Positions 49,162-61,654 of a stretch of 64,000 bases of DNA are shown here, one piece after another; positions within the stretch are counted from its first letter, which is position 1; every line of letters starts with the position of its first letter. The DNA lies in the NCBI RefSeq assembly GCF_024521635.1, contig NW_026250412.1, positions 62,001 to 126,000 of the forward strand, in the 5' to 3' direction. The DNA is from Tricharina praecox. Its lineage: Eukaryota. Made by a program: the position numbers and the translations under genes. The notes beneath the pieces were generated by a model. It was given only the letters and a program-made list of their open reading frames with translations. It had not been told where the DNA came from and did not search any database.

Positions 49162-51528
49162 CTAGTCGCCTCCTCCCCCTCCCCCTCCACCACCACCTCC
49201 ACATCCGCCGCTGCTGCTGCCGCCGCTACTGCCACCATCTCCACTGCTCCCGCTGCCCATATCCCCCCCAGCCCAATACGCCGAATCTCGGGAATCACTC
49301 ACTGCGTCGCCCCACCTACCATTGCTGCTGCTTCCCTTTCCGCTCCCTCCCTTCCCGCTCTTCCTGATCTCCAGTGTACTCCACATCATCCTGACCGTCG
49401 GATCGACCGCGAAGTTCTCCGGGCACAGCGAATCCACGCTGCTCCCAGTCGCCTGGCTGATAGTTGTTGGATACCCAGCGTCGGCGACGAACTTCGGAGC
49501 TCCGTACTTCGCGCGCACCTCGGTTGCGCGGCGGTGATGATAGAGTAGCTGCTCAAAACGGTCGCGCAGGCTTGCGGCGGCGGCGGTGTCGGCGATGTCC
49601 GCAAAGACCGCGTTGCAGGCCGAGATGTGCGTCGCCGGATCGCCGGGCTCGGGGAGGAGGGTCCGCAGGGTCTCTTTGCGGATTATGAAGGTGCTGAACG
49701 TGGGGAGGTGGGTGGCGCGCACGCCCTCGCAGTACCAACATCCGCCTGGAGTCGCGATCACTGTCAGCTCAACGTGTGCATGGAGTGGGGATGATGCCGG
49801 GAGACGCACAGCAGTCGTACAACTCCCTGAAATTGCTCCAGTACACCTGGCATGTCCGGATGAAGGCCGTGTTGTGCTCCCATTCGCACCGCCGCTCGCC
49901 GTGGTTGACGAACCGCTTGGTCGTCGCCATGGTGTGCTTGAAATATCCCTCCGGCCGGAGGAGGTGCGTGCTCCACACCAGGTCCATATCCAGCGTCGGC
50001 ACGAGCGGATTCCGCGCAAGAAACGCGTACTTCTTCCAGAGCGTAAAGAAACGCTGGTATTTCCTGAAGGCGAATTTTAAGCGGTCCGGATTAGTGGTGT
50101 TAGTGGTGGACCAGTCGAATGCTACGACCTGTCGGTTGAAGATCCCCTGCCGTGTCACGGCGGATACCAGGTCGATGCCGAAGGGCGAGGGGTTTAGGTG
50201 GAAGTGCGTCATCATCTGTTCCAGAAAGAATTGGCGGTCAGGGTTGGGCTTGGAGATAGCCGTCTCCCGAGCGTTGAGTACGGTGAACTTCCAGATGTCT
50301 TCCATACCGACTAGAGGCTGGGTTGCCATTGCCTTGTCGAACTTGGGCAGGAGCTTCGAGAAGAGTTCATGGGGCCAGTGATTAGGGGACTTTGCATGAT
50401 ATTGCGAGATATCAGGCTCCAGTTTTCCCATTCTGGCGAATAACGAGACGGGAAGCATTACGCCCGTGGCTTCGGCACGACGAAGGGCAGAGATAAACCG
50501 GCCGCTCGAAAGTGATTCGTAGGTCAAGATATCTTGACAGCCGTCATTGGTACAACGTAACTCGAAGCCGTGATCGGCCCAGCCATTGCTTTTCATTGCA
50601 GGCGTGGATGGAGCTGCCGGCTCAGTGATCTTTTGGACTACCGTCCAAGGCGTAGCCGTGACTGTTCCACAAGTGGGACAAGTGACGTCCTTCCGGTCAG
50701 GCATGTCGAGATTATCAACAGGAAGTCTTGATGATTTGGTCCATGCCACTTCCGCTACAGGGTCCATCGTGAAGTCGAAATTTTGGTCGATGGAATTGCA
50801 CTAGGGGGGTCAGTCAAAGGAGAAAATTCAAGATGAAATACAGAACCAAGCACTTACAATGGCATCCAGTGGCAGACCGGAGAGCCAGAGGTCCAGTCTT
50901 CCGGTTTGGTGACAGTCTTCAAGGAAAACCAGGGCGTTCAGCATATACGTGTGCCAAATCATAATCACATCTGCATCGATCAGCTCACGCACCCCCGGAC
51001 GGTCGCTGTAGGATGATTACCAAGTGGCGGCAAACCCTGGACTCCAAAATCTACCCTCGCTGCCTTAGTCTTGGGTTTGTCATTTGGTGACGACCTCCAC
51101 ATTGCCAGTCGTTCCATCAAATTATCCTTCGAAAGCTCGTCCATCGGCATTCCCCCGAACGTTCTCGGCAGCACCTTCTGCCACCAAACGGTAAACCTCT
51201 CTACCGCGCGGGTCACATAAACCTGCCATCGCTTCTCGGCAATTCGGTTGATATCGTGCTGCCCAATACCCGGCGGTGAGCCGAGGCCGAAAAGTCCGGG
51301 AGTGTTGCTGATGGCGAGACGGAGCTTTTCAAAAGCAGCAAGAAGTCGGTAGTGCTGTAGGACTTGTTCTTCGGTGGGAATTTCATACCCACGCTGTGTC
51401 GATGAAGTGTCGCTATTGGATGCGGTAGAGACGTATGTCCCAGAGCTGGCGTTGCTTAATCGTGGATGGCCGTTGGCGCGGGCCTGAGGAGGTCTCGGCA
51501 ACTGTGGACCTGTGGATTCAGATGCCAT
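49162..51528 (-). CDS. Glycine-rich domain-containing protein (GRDP/DUF1399 family); exons 51528-51021, 50970-50858, 50800-49810, 49745-49162
   Basis: Motifs H.RLLAAF..LR, RW.VYVTRAVERF..WW, LPPLDV.MIWHTYMLN...FLEDC, PF.IDLVSAV.RQG.F, KY.RFF.L, LVPTLD.DLVW.THLL, C.CWYCE, ATHISA.NAV and a poly-Gly C-terminus. Confidence 0.88.
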
Positions 51529-53341
51529 GGCTATTTATTTGCGAGTCGATAATACTGATCCGTAGCTCCCAAGAACCGGAGAAATATGGCGATTTTTATA
51601 TTACGGAGCGAATCCTCAGATGTCAAGAGGACCGGTCGCGCTATACATAGCATAGTCTCGTTTGTTCTTCGTAGTAGATAATAGATATCCGCCGGTCAAG
51701 CGAATGCATCAAACGACGCGCAAGGCTAACCGTCGTCACACGTGTATCCGGGCCCCTGGTGATTGGACCGGTGCTGCAGCCGTGTGGCTGTGCAGTCGTC
51801 CCACGGCTTCATCGGGAGACCCATTGCACCGTCTGCAGGGCCTGTTCGATTATTCAACAGTGGAGAACGCCTCGCATATGCACCGCCCCACCGCTCGACA
51901 CCATGCGTCTGGGAGGACTGGTCGAACCGGCAGCCGACGGTGGCGTTACGGCCGGGCGATCGTGCCATCCAGTAGCGAGACACGGACGGTTGGCGCGATA
52001 TAAGCTGTCTTCGTATCGTTTACTCACATGGGATACCGATGGTGTATCACGTCTCGTCCGCAGCTGTGATCTTCAGCGTAGCGTGACTTGTCCAGGAGTG
52101 CAGGGACCATGTACCCGGAAACGAAAATTAGTAGTGTCGCTTTAGGGTCGCGACCAGCATGGTAGTTACTCATATATAACTGCCCACTAGACGAAAATCC
52201 TCTGCTCCTAACCATGATCAGCGTACCGGGTATAGGCCATTCCCCAGGGATCCGCTGAAATCCCTACAACGGCTATAATAACGGCTCTGCTGCGGATTTG
52301 ATGGATTCCGAAACGAGCCGGAGCGATGGCAAACTCATGCCAACAGCTACCCAGTCAAGACTGATCGGCGGTTTCGTGGAGCAGCCGGGAGACGCAGTTC
52401 AACTTGCGCAGCAGGGCGTTCTCCGTCATGATCCTGCCACTTACATACCTCTTATGTGGCATGCTAATGAGGAGGAGGAGCCATGAGGTCCAAACCAAGG
52501 AATTTCATCGAGCATCGGTTTGACCACCTCGGATTCCCTATTCGATGAGGCTGTGGGAAACCTCCCTTCCGGTGGTGCTATGACGATTTTGTGGAGCAGC
52601 AGGAAGCCGGATACCCGTCATATACTCTGAAGATGGCACTTTCACGACCATCCCGCCTCGCCTACGCACTATACCGAGGTAATTTCCCCTCCGAAACGCA
52701 CAGGACGACGGATGAGCATTCGATCTTTATGCCAACCCTGAAGGCTAGAAAGCGGATGTGAGTTTTGGATTCAGAGTTCAAACTGTGGGGAACCGAGAAA
52801 CGGATGATTACACGACGACGAGCTGGACTAATAAGCGAGACTACAAGCCGTCGTGGCGGTTGAGTTTAGGTTATTTTGGATGGCACCAATGGCACTAGAG
52901 GAGACTATCCGCGCTTTCCGGATGATCTACGGGGCTATTTTAGACGAGCGGACCTTCGACATCACTGGAGTGAATGGCTGCATTTTGATGAACTACAGCT
53001 TTCTCTCGCTGTGATCCAGTAGTGAAGATATCTGCATTGAAGAGCGCGACTTGAATCCAACCAACTACCAAATACATATCTGGGACCTTGAAGACAGAAT
53101 CTGGGTGTGTATTGGCAGGGGGAAATCGGCACATGTGCCTCCGGTTATATCCTGGGAGTAGACATCCCTAGATTCCCTACACAGCCCATCGATCCATTCT
53201 AGCCATCCATTGCGGCGTATGAATTGGAGGACCATCCGAATATATAGCCTTTTCCACATGGAAAGCGCCTTCCACATGAACAGCCTCTTCCATCATCCCA
53301 CCGGTTTCCCTCCAACTCATCGCAGGTTCTCACCCGCTTGC

Positions 53342-53608
53342 CTACCACGCGCCAGTCCCATCCCGCACCTCTTTGCCGCCGGTATCCACAAGATTCCACA
53401 GGCGGGACGCAAGAAGCAGCGACTTCAGGCGCTCCATCCACCACTCCCTCGACCACGCAGACGGATGTTCGATCCTGCAGTTTGGGCAGCGCTGGTGCGT
53501 GTAATAGCGCTCGCTAAGCGGGAGGAGACAGAACGAGGCGGTGTAGTGATCGCATTTGTATAGGAGGCCCGCGGCGGAATTCGCAGTTTGGAGCGTGTTT
53601 TTTGACAT
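53342..53608 (-). CDS. Small protein (88 aa) with YKCDH-x19-CPNC motif and Trp-rich tail (family member B)
   Basis: ATG 53608. 18 of 28 residues are identical to the motif region of 21690-22454. A further 3' exon cannot be excluded. Confidence 0.65.
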   Translation of the reverse strand: MSKNTLQTANSAAGLLYKCDHYTASFCLLPLSERYYTHQRCPNCRIEHPSAWSREWWMERLKSLLLASRLWNLVDTGGKEVRDGTGAW

Positions 53609-54601
53609 ATAAACTGGTAGCCGTGGTAAGCGGGGGAGGGGTGGGGGAGAGCATGGTGGGGTGCTGAGGGGGGTTATGTGTCCAAGGGGGTGGGTCGAGT
53701 TGAACTGATGAAGGAGCTGGGCTATAAACGCTGGACGGCGGGTGAGGTTGCAAGAACGGCTGGGAGAGATCGGGAATACCGGTAGGCTGTAACCCACAGA
53801 GGTGGAAATGTTATTTACTTTTTCTTGTCACTGCTGCATTCCACCCCTACATACCGTAGCTGACAGTAGCTGCCGGTATACCTAGCGAGTATCGCTACCC
53901 TAATAGTACCAACCAAAGCAACCCTTCAAGAATCAAGATGCCGCACTACACCGTAAACTTCACAAAGAATCACTCGCTAGTGAGGGACCTTGCGTGCAGC
54001 CCTCGGCAAAAGTGCTCGACTATGTCTATGCCCTGTACGTTGAAGTAGGAAAGCTTTCGATAACTCACCTCCAGTACGCCGGCAGGGAGGCATGGAATGA
54101 AACACGCACCAGCGTATCCGTCGGTTTGGCAGTTGGACACGCTGATATCATAGACTTGAAGTAGACGGACGTTTCGTTTCCCGAAGGACCGCATGGAATT
54201 TCGCGACTGTTCCTGCAGGGAAGAAGCAGGAACGCTCGGAGATATGGGCGTCACCCATGGGGCTTTTGAGGACGTTAAGGTTATCTAACCTACGTTCGCG
54301 CCCGGGTTTGGGCTATTGTTGCTGTCTTCGGGGAATGGTCCGAAGTTTAAGTTCACGATTGCGTTGAAGGGCAGCTATTCCGCGGAGGAGGCTCCCGTGG
54401 CTATAGTTGCGTGAAGGGCTATTCTCTCTTTCTGCTTGCTTGCTCGAAGGAATCGCATCACATCGTGTCGCAATTTCATCTTGCTATGGTACTCTTTACA
54501 GTACAGCTGCCAACAGCACCAGAAACGTCAAAACGCCCTTTTATGAGCCACTCTATGTGCGAAATGATCACGGCTAGATGGTACCCCCACACACATGGTG
54601 C

Positions 54602-55037
54602 TCAAAACCAGCCCGAAGCTTCCACCTCCCCTTCCATACTAGCCGGCTGCTTGCGCATCCGGTACCTGATCGGCGAGCGGCTGTGGAGCCGGTTGTACCT
54701 CTTCCACGCCCAGGCCTGCAGCCTCACCCACCGCGAGGCTTGGCTGAGGATGAAGCAGTGGATGCACGGGTGCTCGATGCGGTTGCGAATGTCGTCGGCG
54801 GGTGAGTCGGCTTCGCGGGTGCAGCCGCAGCTGTACTTGACGGCTATATAATTTTAGCGGTTAAGTACTCGGCGATAGGAAGTAGGGGGTCTTACTGGGC
54901 GTGGAATGGTAAGTAGAGCCCTGGAAGGACATAGTTCTTAGGTGTACGGTTGAGCGCTCCATTTCCACTTTTGATGTTGTCAGTGCTAACCGGAGTCGGG
55001 GGCGTTCGGCGAGGTGGGGATCCGTTGGATCCGTCAT
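54602..55037 (-). CDS. Small protein (127 aa) with YSCGC-x18-CIHC motif and Trp/Arg-rich tail (family member C); exons 55037-54896, 54843-54602
   Basis: Not in the ORF track. ATG in CAAAATG context; the intron GTAAGA...GCTAAA...TAG joins in frame; exon 2 has a strong C/G third-position bias. Confidence 0.7.
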
Positions 55038-55234
55038 TTTGAGGTGATGGCGCGAAGTTTGTTGTATGTTGTATGTTGAGGTGTGGGTGTGTCTTGCAGT
55101 AGGGGGAGGATAAAGGAAAGTTCAAGATGACCGACGTTCTTTGAATGTGCTGTCCAAATGTGACGCCGGTTCGCCCTAATACCAACCAACCACCGAACCC
55201 GTGCGAAGATACTCGACACGGGTACAACACACAC

Positions 55235-55594
55235 CTACCGATCGGCATCCTTTCCACCCTCAGTCTCCACCACGACTCCGATTTCACCCTTCTTCCATCC
55301 CAGCTTCCACTTCGCCGACCGCCACTTGACAAACGCCCAAGCACCCAGCAGAGTCCTGCTCTTGACACAGTACCTACACGGACGCCGCCGCAGAGCTGGC
55401 AGGTCAACTCCGGAGGACTCGACGATCACTGTGCGGCAGTGTCCACAGCCGTAAACGACGTTCAGCTGGATGGTGCCATCGGAGTGCATAATCGACATTG
55501 TCAGCGGCGCGGGATCGCACGGATCGAGCCGGCGGAAGGAGGGTCCAGGTGTGAAACGCTTGAGCGGTATCAGCGGATGAAGGGAACAATCCAT
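55235..55594 (-). CDS. Small protein (119 aa, or 87 aa from ATG 55498) with YGCGH-x20-CRYC motif and Trp/Lys-rich tail (family member D)
   Basis: Open frame 55235..55621 with the same motif architecture and strand as its neighbours. Confidence 0.55.
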   Translation of the reverse strand: MDCSLHPLIPLKRFTPGPSFRRLDPCDPAPLTMSIMHSDGTIQLNVVYGCGHCRTVIVESSGVDLPALRRRPCRYCVKSRTLLGAWAFVKWRSAKWKLGWKKGEIGVVVETEGGKDADR

Positions 55595-56203
55595 CGGAGA
55601 CGACGAGACACCGCTCTCCACCCCTCGATATACCCCGCACCTGAATTGAGTTAAAATTCACCTCTATCGACGATAGAATCAGCACTAAAGATAAGATCAT
55701 GATAACCGTGTTTCCGCAGCTACCGAGCAATAGAGATCCGGAGCGGGCTGCGGGCCTGACAACGGCACACTTCCACCTCGCTGCGTGCGGTCTTTGCCAT
55801 GAGTGTCGCCGAGCGCGGATGAGATGAATATGTCCAGTCACCTATCAGGCGCGAGGCTCAAGCCTTCCTTCCCTGCACGCTCATCACCCCCCTTTACGGC
55901 GGTGCATCTTGATTCTCGAATCGTAAGAAATAAGCGGGTGTGCAGGATACGCGCTTAGCGACTGGTTGATGGAGCTGCCGCTTCGCAATACCTATAGCCC
56001 TCCGAACTGCACTAACTAAATCGCATTCCTGGCATACAGAGTCGAAGATGGTTATTACGAGTGTATTTTACCTATCGAAGAAATACCTTTAAATGGGTGA
56101 TATATCACCGCAGATAGTTATGGAGGAAATGAAAGATCAAGATTTGAGACAACCTATCCATGAGCAGAAGGAGATTCTCGAGGCACATAGCGTAAGAGTT
56201 AGA

Positions 56204-56284
56204 CTTAGGCGAAGTGTTAGGCGAAGTGTTAGACGAAGTGTTAGGCGAAGAGCTGGGCGAAGAGCTGCGTGAAGAGTTGCTAGG
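56204..56284. repeat. 12-bp imperfect tandem repeat (TTAGGCGAAGTG-like) x~6
   Basis: Direct reading. Confidence 0.75.
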
Positions 56285-56912
56285 GGCATATAACTATGTG
56301 TACCAATCGGTGATTGGGATGCTGGATGGAGTAGCTAGCTGGGTACACAATATATCTATGAACTCTCAAGCATATAAAAGGTATACCACCGTGTAGCTTC
56401 TCCTGTTACTCTGTTTTCCCTGTTCTGACCTATCGGCGGCGGAGATGCTTTGCAAAGGCCGTGGTGCTCTGGAGTACGCGGCAGAGAGGTGCCGGTTGCA
56501 CGGCTCATGCTGATACCATTCCAGAGATTCTTCTTCTTCGGGCCGGTCATCTCGCCCCAAAGGAGGGTCTTCCTTCTTTCATCTCGGAGAGACGGATAAG
56601 AAAACAACCTCCCTCACCCCGAGAATTCCCGTAAGTTGACTGAAGGACGGGCTCACGGAGCTACGGACTCGTGGTGCTAATCGTATCAGATTCCCACACT
56701 CCCCAGGCTTCAAAGGGATTCCCGTGATGCAGTGTTGTACATAGACCAGTCCAGACCATTTTTTGGTATAGTTGGGACTGGTCGGGATATATCCAGACCG
56801 ACCAACCATAGGTCGGGATAAATCTGGCTAAGAAACGTTTATTTGCCAGGCACGTTCATTACACAGCCAGGAGTAATTAGTAGAAACAACTCTTCAGTAT
56901 AGACTATCACTA

Positions 56913-57704
56913 CTAGTACACGAAATCCTCCTCACAAAGAACAGCCAACATCTGCTCAATTATTTCAACATCCTCCTCCGCCAGCTTCTCTGGCCCTCCT
57001 CCGCCGTAGTCGGAGTTGTTACCGGCATCGCTACCACAGTGAAAGGTAACGTCTCCCTCGTCTTCCTCGGTCTCCTTTCGGTCTAGTTTTCGATCGAACG
57101 AATTTGCTCCTCGGTCAGAAGCGTCTCCTCCGGGTCTCCTCCGGGTCGGAATCCTCACCCACGTAGCCGCGACAAGACCAAAGTCTTCCCAGCGCACGGG
57201 GTAGAGCATCTGCTCTATTTCGTCCGACCATTTGTGCCCGAGTATCGCGACCACAGGGTACTCTCCCACGTCGTCCGAACCGCTCCCATCGGACATGGTC
57301 TCGACTGAGTCGTTATCGGAGACGGCTGCCATCAGCGGCACACTGGGATTTCGAAGTAGTCCATATCGGAAATGGAGCGCATTAAAAACGTATTCGAGGC
57401 CATCGCGATCGTCGTCAAGCACCACTACTGACGGACCTCCACGTCCCGTGATCCATGACTGCCATAGATCGATCCTTTCTTGGTAGGAAGAATCGGGGCC
57501 GAACATGCAATTGAAGACTCGCGAGGCCGCCCAGAGAACCGATGAGGATACCAGAAAACGAACATTGAACGGGGGTACGGAGCCATCAGGAGATCGATAA
57601 TCGTCCGGAACCGTAGTCTCGATGAATAAGTCTCCACCGCTGACGACGGCGGCGTTGTCGTCATCGTTGTCGGCATCATCGTTGTCGGCAATGGTTGGGT
57701 TCAT
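56913..57704 (-). CDS. BTB/POZ-like domain protein with acidic C-terminus (263 aa; possibly an internally deleted derivative)
   Basis: GDL.I...RFLVSS.VL..ASRVF..MF...S.YQE...V.LDDD..GL..VFNALHFR is the fungal BTB signature. The domain appears cut just before the expected (C/A)DKY helix. Confidence 0.65.
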   Translation of the reverse strand: MNPTIADNDDADNDDDNAAVVSGGDLFIETTVPDDYRSPDGSVPPFNVRFLVSSSVLWAASRVFNCMFGPDSSYQERIDLWQSWITGRGGPSVVVLDDDRDGLEYVFNALHFRYGLLRNPSVPLMAAVSDNDSVETMSDGSGSDDVGEYPVVAILGHKWSDEIEQMLYPVRWEDFGLVAATWVRIPTRRRPGGDASDRGANSFDRKLDRKETEEDEGDVTFHCGSDAGNNSDYGGGGPEKLAEEDVEIIEQMLAVLCEEDFVY

Positions 57705-59604
57705 CTTTACAAGCTGGTATCGTTAGCCTTCCATCTATCCATCCACTCACAGATTGGCAAATATCAACAGCGACAGACATCGCGGCGATATGCTGCCGCT
57801 ACTAGCAGCAGCGACGTGGATGATGATACTGGCAGTGCGCGCAAATAGTGGTGGACGATAGGGAAGCAAAGATGGGAGTACCAACATGTTTCCATGGAGG
57901 AAGGTGTCTTATTGGGCCAAAGGCCCGGAGCTGCAACGGCTCCTTCGACTCTCTACGCGCACACAGGCCCCGGGGGCAAGAAGCCTCGAGTGTATCATGG
58001 TGGACATAGCAATTGTTGATATAGGAGTTGCTGACGATGTAGAGTGCTCCTAGTGGAGTTGATAGAGGTGGTTGTGTTAATGGTTGTTGGAGGGAAGGTG
58101 GTGATTGTAGGAAGAGAAGTGGTGGTGAGCGGGCTGTGCAGCGGCTTTGTTGCGGGTTGTGGGTTGTGAGTTATGGGTTGTGACTTGGGGTTGAGGGTTG
58201 AGACCGCACATTTGTGGGATCTTGGACTGCGGGCGTGCGGGCTCACGTGCTCAGCAGAATGCCAAGCTTCTTTGCAGCGGGAACGTTGAATGCCGCAAGC
58301 CTCAAGGAGCAACGGAAAGAAAGAAGTAGGGATCCAGACGATTCGGCTATCCATTAGCAGTGATCGCAAACATTGAAAACCGCAGATGAACCGGACACCG
58401 CCGAGTTTCGGTCACCTACACCTAGCCGGCTCCAAAATGGATTTCCAATATCACACCCGAGCCCTCAAATCCAGGGCGTATGCCTAAAGCTGCAGTTTAG
58501 TGCCTCAAGCCCGATTTCTTATGCGGTACGTATGATAGGTGAGCGGAGGTCACCGGCCTATTGATACTTCTTTCCATCTGGTCGGGTGGGACATCTTGAT
58601 CCAATCTAAGTGGGGATTTTTAGATTACTCGGGAGATTCTTTACTGCATTAGATGACGTCCAAGCAGAATCCAGGTGGGATATGTGTTAGAAATGGTATC
58701 AATCCGCAATATAGTCGATCACTCGCCCATATCATCGCTGCAGTCGGCGTGCCAGTTCCACCGTCCATTCTACCGAGTTCAGGCGTACTACAACACCTCT
58801 GCAGTACTGCAACAATCCCGATTTCCATTCCTACAACAAAGCCGCCACAATATTCAGCCACAGCTACATACCTACGGCGCTACGGTCAACGTCCGAGTGA
58901 GCGCTGTGAACCTCGTCATCAGCCTCATGGACCACGATTGAACATGTAGAGTAGTACCCTATGAGGTCAAGCGCAGGGTTCTTACCTCACCACTACATAT
59001 CATCACTATTAACTAGTACTTTGAAGCGATCCAAACACCGGTAGCCTATCACCGCGCTTGCCAGCGGCCTGGCCAGTGCTGAGCGTATCACCGAAGGCCA
59101 GGTATCACCACTGCACCGTACATAGCAACGAGTCACGATGCATCCCAGCCCAGTCCGCTCGCCGGAGGCCCCACCGAAGGCGCGGAGATGCTACTGCGCC
59201 CACTGCACCCACTGCATCAACAGCATCAACAGCCTACTCACACTTTAAAATAGCGGCGGGTGATCGACGTGCCCATCGCTTACGGTATATACATATGTCA
59301 TAGGTGGTTAAGGACATATCTACACGACGGAAGACGGTGCATTTATCCGAGTGGCCACTAGCTGCATCCCCCATCCATCGGGGCCATCGGGAACATCGCC
59401 AGTATCTACGGCAAAGCAAACAGAATCACCTCTCCTCAACTCGACTCTGGCAGCTCGGCCCTGGCAGGATGGAAGGTTGGCAGCTCCCCTATCGCATCCA
59501 CGTGTCAGATTGCTGGAGCTTGGAGCCTGGAAGATGCAGTCTGCGGCGGTGGGGGCGGGGGCGGGGACTGATTGGCTCCCCTGGTCCCTAGGTGGGAGAT
59601 CCTG

Positions 59605-59636
<32 letters not shown>
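59605..59636. repeat. (TGA)n microsatellite, ~10 units
   Basis: Direct reading; shorter and interrupted at the paralogous site ~63394. Confidence 0.9.
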
Positions 59637-59639
<3 letters not shown>

Positions 59640-60669
59640 GAGCGGGCAGAACTGACGTCTTTTCCCGGTTTCTGATGGTTTCCGATTTGACTGGAGAGGG
59701 TTCGTGATAGGGGGGGACAGTGACGCGCAATACATATTTAGGTACCTACTCGTACAGCCTACCTAGTACGGTAGTACCTACCTCTTACTGTTGACACACT
59801 GGAAAAGCTGTCGCCAGTGTACATACCTAGAGTTTTGTCAGTAATAGGTATTGGTATTGATACCGTATGGGACTCTGCAGAGCTGTGTTGGCCGGCCGGT
59901 TTCGCTCAGGAGTCGGGAGTTAGGACATCCGACAGATGATGGGATCGATTCCTCAGCTGCAATGCTTTACTCGAGGTATGTATGGTACCTACATACTGAG
60001 ATATCTTCTGCGGTGAACCTGAACGATCCTGTGAGTCTATGACTGGTTGCATCGATTTTGGGCTTTTTCCAGTACTTCCTACTTATGAAGTAAGTAAGTA
60101 AGTGGTTCCTACGTCGTCCCGCATTTCTCAGCCCGGGAGATCGCGGGAGATAGCGGGAGTGCGGGAGTGCGGGAGTGCGATGAGGGGAAGAAATAGCTTT
60201 CGCCTGCCACCAGCAGCGCATGTTGTATTGCCTATTGCCTCCGCCTCCTCCTCCGTCAGCTTCTCTGGCCCCCTTAGCATCCTGCTCCGCAGGTCGCTCC
60301 TTGTCCCATTTCACCCAATCGAAGAACTCGACGGGTCTCCCGCGCCGGACGTATTCCGGTCTTATCGACCCATTCAGTGGTGTCGTCTTCGAACTTCATA
60401 TATGCCAAGCTGTCGAGACTCTGCTTCAGCATCTTGATATCTGTCAAGATTAGACGCCCGGAAGGCTCTAGAAGACTCACGATCCCAATGGCTCCACCTG
60501 ATGACGCGGCATGAACCGTGCTCGTCTCAGAAGCCGAAGGACCTGAGTATCTCCTACGTAAGAGTATTATGTCTTAGACAAGAAGAATGTGTATATAGAG
60601 GGCCTCTCTAGCCCGATCAGAAGTAGAGAACCAACTGAACATTGTCTATCTATCTATCCATCTCTATCT

Positions 60670-61111
60670 CCATCATCCATATTCTTGACAATATCCTCCA
60701 TCGTCAAGGAATCCCGCCAGCTTCACTGGCCCGCCTCCGCCGTAGTCGGAGTTGCTACCGGCATCGTTACCACAGTGGCATCGCTACCACAGTGATAGGT
60801 AGCTTCTTTCTCGTCTTCCTCGGTCTCCTCTTCGGTATAGTTCTCGTTCTCGATCGAACTAATTTGCTTTTCGGTCAGAAGCGTCTCCTCTTCACCCACG
60901 TAGCCGCGACAAGACCAAAGCCTTCCCAGCGCACGGGGTAGAGCATCTGCTCTATTTCTTCCGACCATTTATGGCCGAGTATCGCGACCACAGGTTACTC
61001 TTCCACGTCGTCCGAACCGCTCGCATCGGACATGGTCTCGACTGAGTCGTTATCTGAGACGGCCGCGTCATCGTTGTGGGTATCGTCGTTGTCGGCATTG
61101 GTGGGGTTCAT
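60670..61111 (-). pseudogene. Pseudogenised paralogue of the BTB-like gene lacking the entire BTB segment
   Basis: Reads MNPTNADNDDTHNDDAAV|SDNDSVETMSDASGSDDVEE*. TAA at 60995-60997 replaces the TAC of copy 1. Confidence 0.8.
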
Positions 61112-61447
61112 CTTTACAGCTCAGCTGGTATCGTTAGCCTTCCATCCATCCATCCATTCACATGACGACAACTATCAACAGCGACAGACAGCGCGCACTA
61201 CCACAGTGATATGCTGCCGCCACCAGCAGCAGCAGCGACGCGGTTGATGATAATGACAGTGCCCGCGAATAGTGGCAGACGATAGGGAGTAAAAGATGAG
61301 AGTACTAACATGTTTCGATGGAGGAAGGTGTATTATTGGGCCAAAGGCCCGGAGCGGCAACGGCTCCGTCGACTCCCTGCGCGCACGCAGGCCCCAAGGG
61401 CAAGAAGCCCCAAGTGGCTGGTCACCCACATCCGTGTGAATGTAGCA

Positions 61448-61654
61448 GTTGTTGATTATGGAGTTGTTGATTATGGAGTTGTTGATTATGGAGTTGTTGA
61501 TTATGGAGTTGTTGATTATGGAGTTGTTGATTATGGAGTTGTTGATTATGGAGTTGTTGATTATGGAGTTGTTGATTATGGAGTTGTTGATTATGGAGTT
61601 GTTGATTATGGAGTTATGGTTTGATTATGGAGTTGTTGATTATGGAGTTGTTGA
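61448..61654. repeat. 15-bp minisatellite (GTTGTTGATTATGGA): 11 perfect units, one variant, then ~1.5 more
   Basis: Perfect array 61448-61612. Confidence 0.95.

Noticed and set aside
52250-53300. Fragmentary ORFs between the GRDP gene and the small-gene array
   Set aside because: Multiple stops and no identifiable family.
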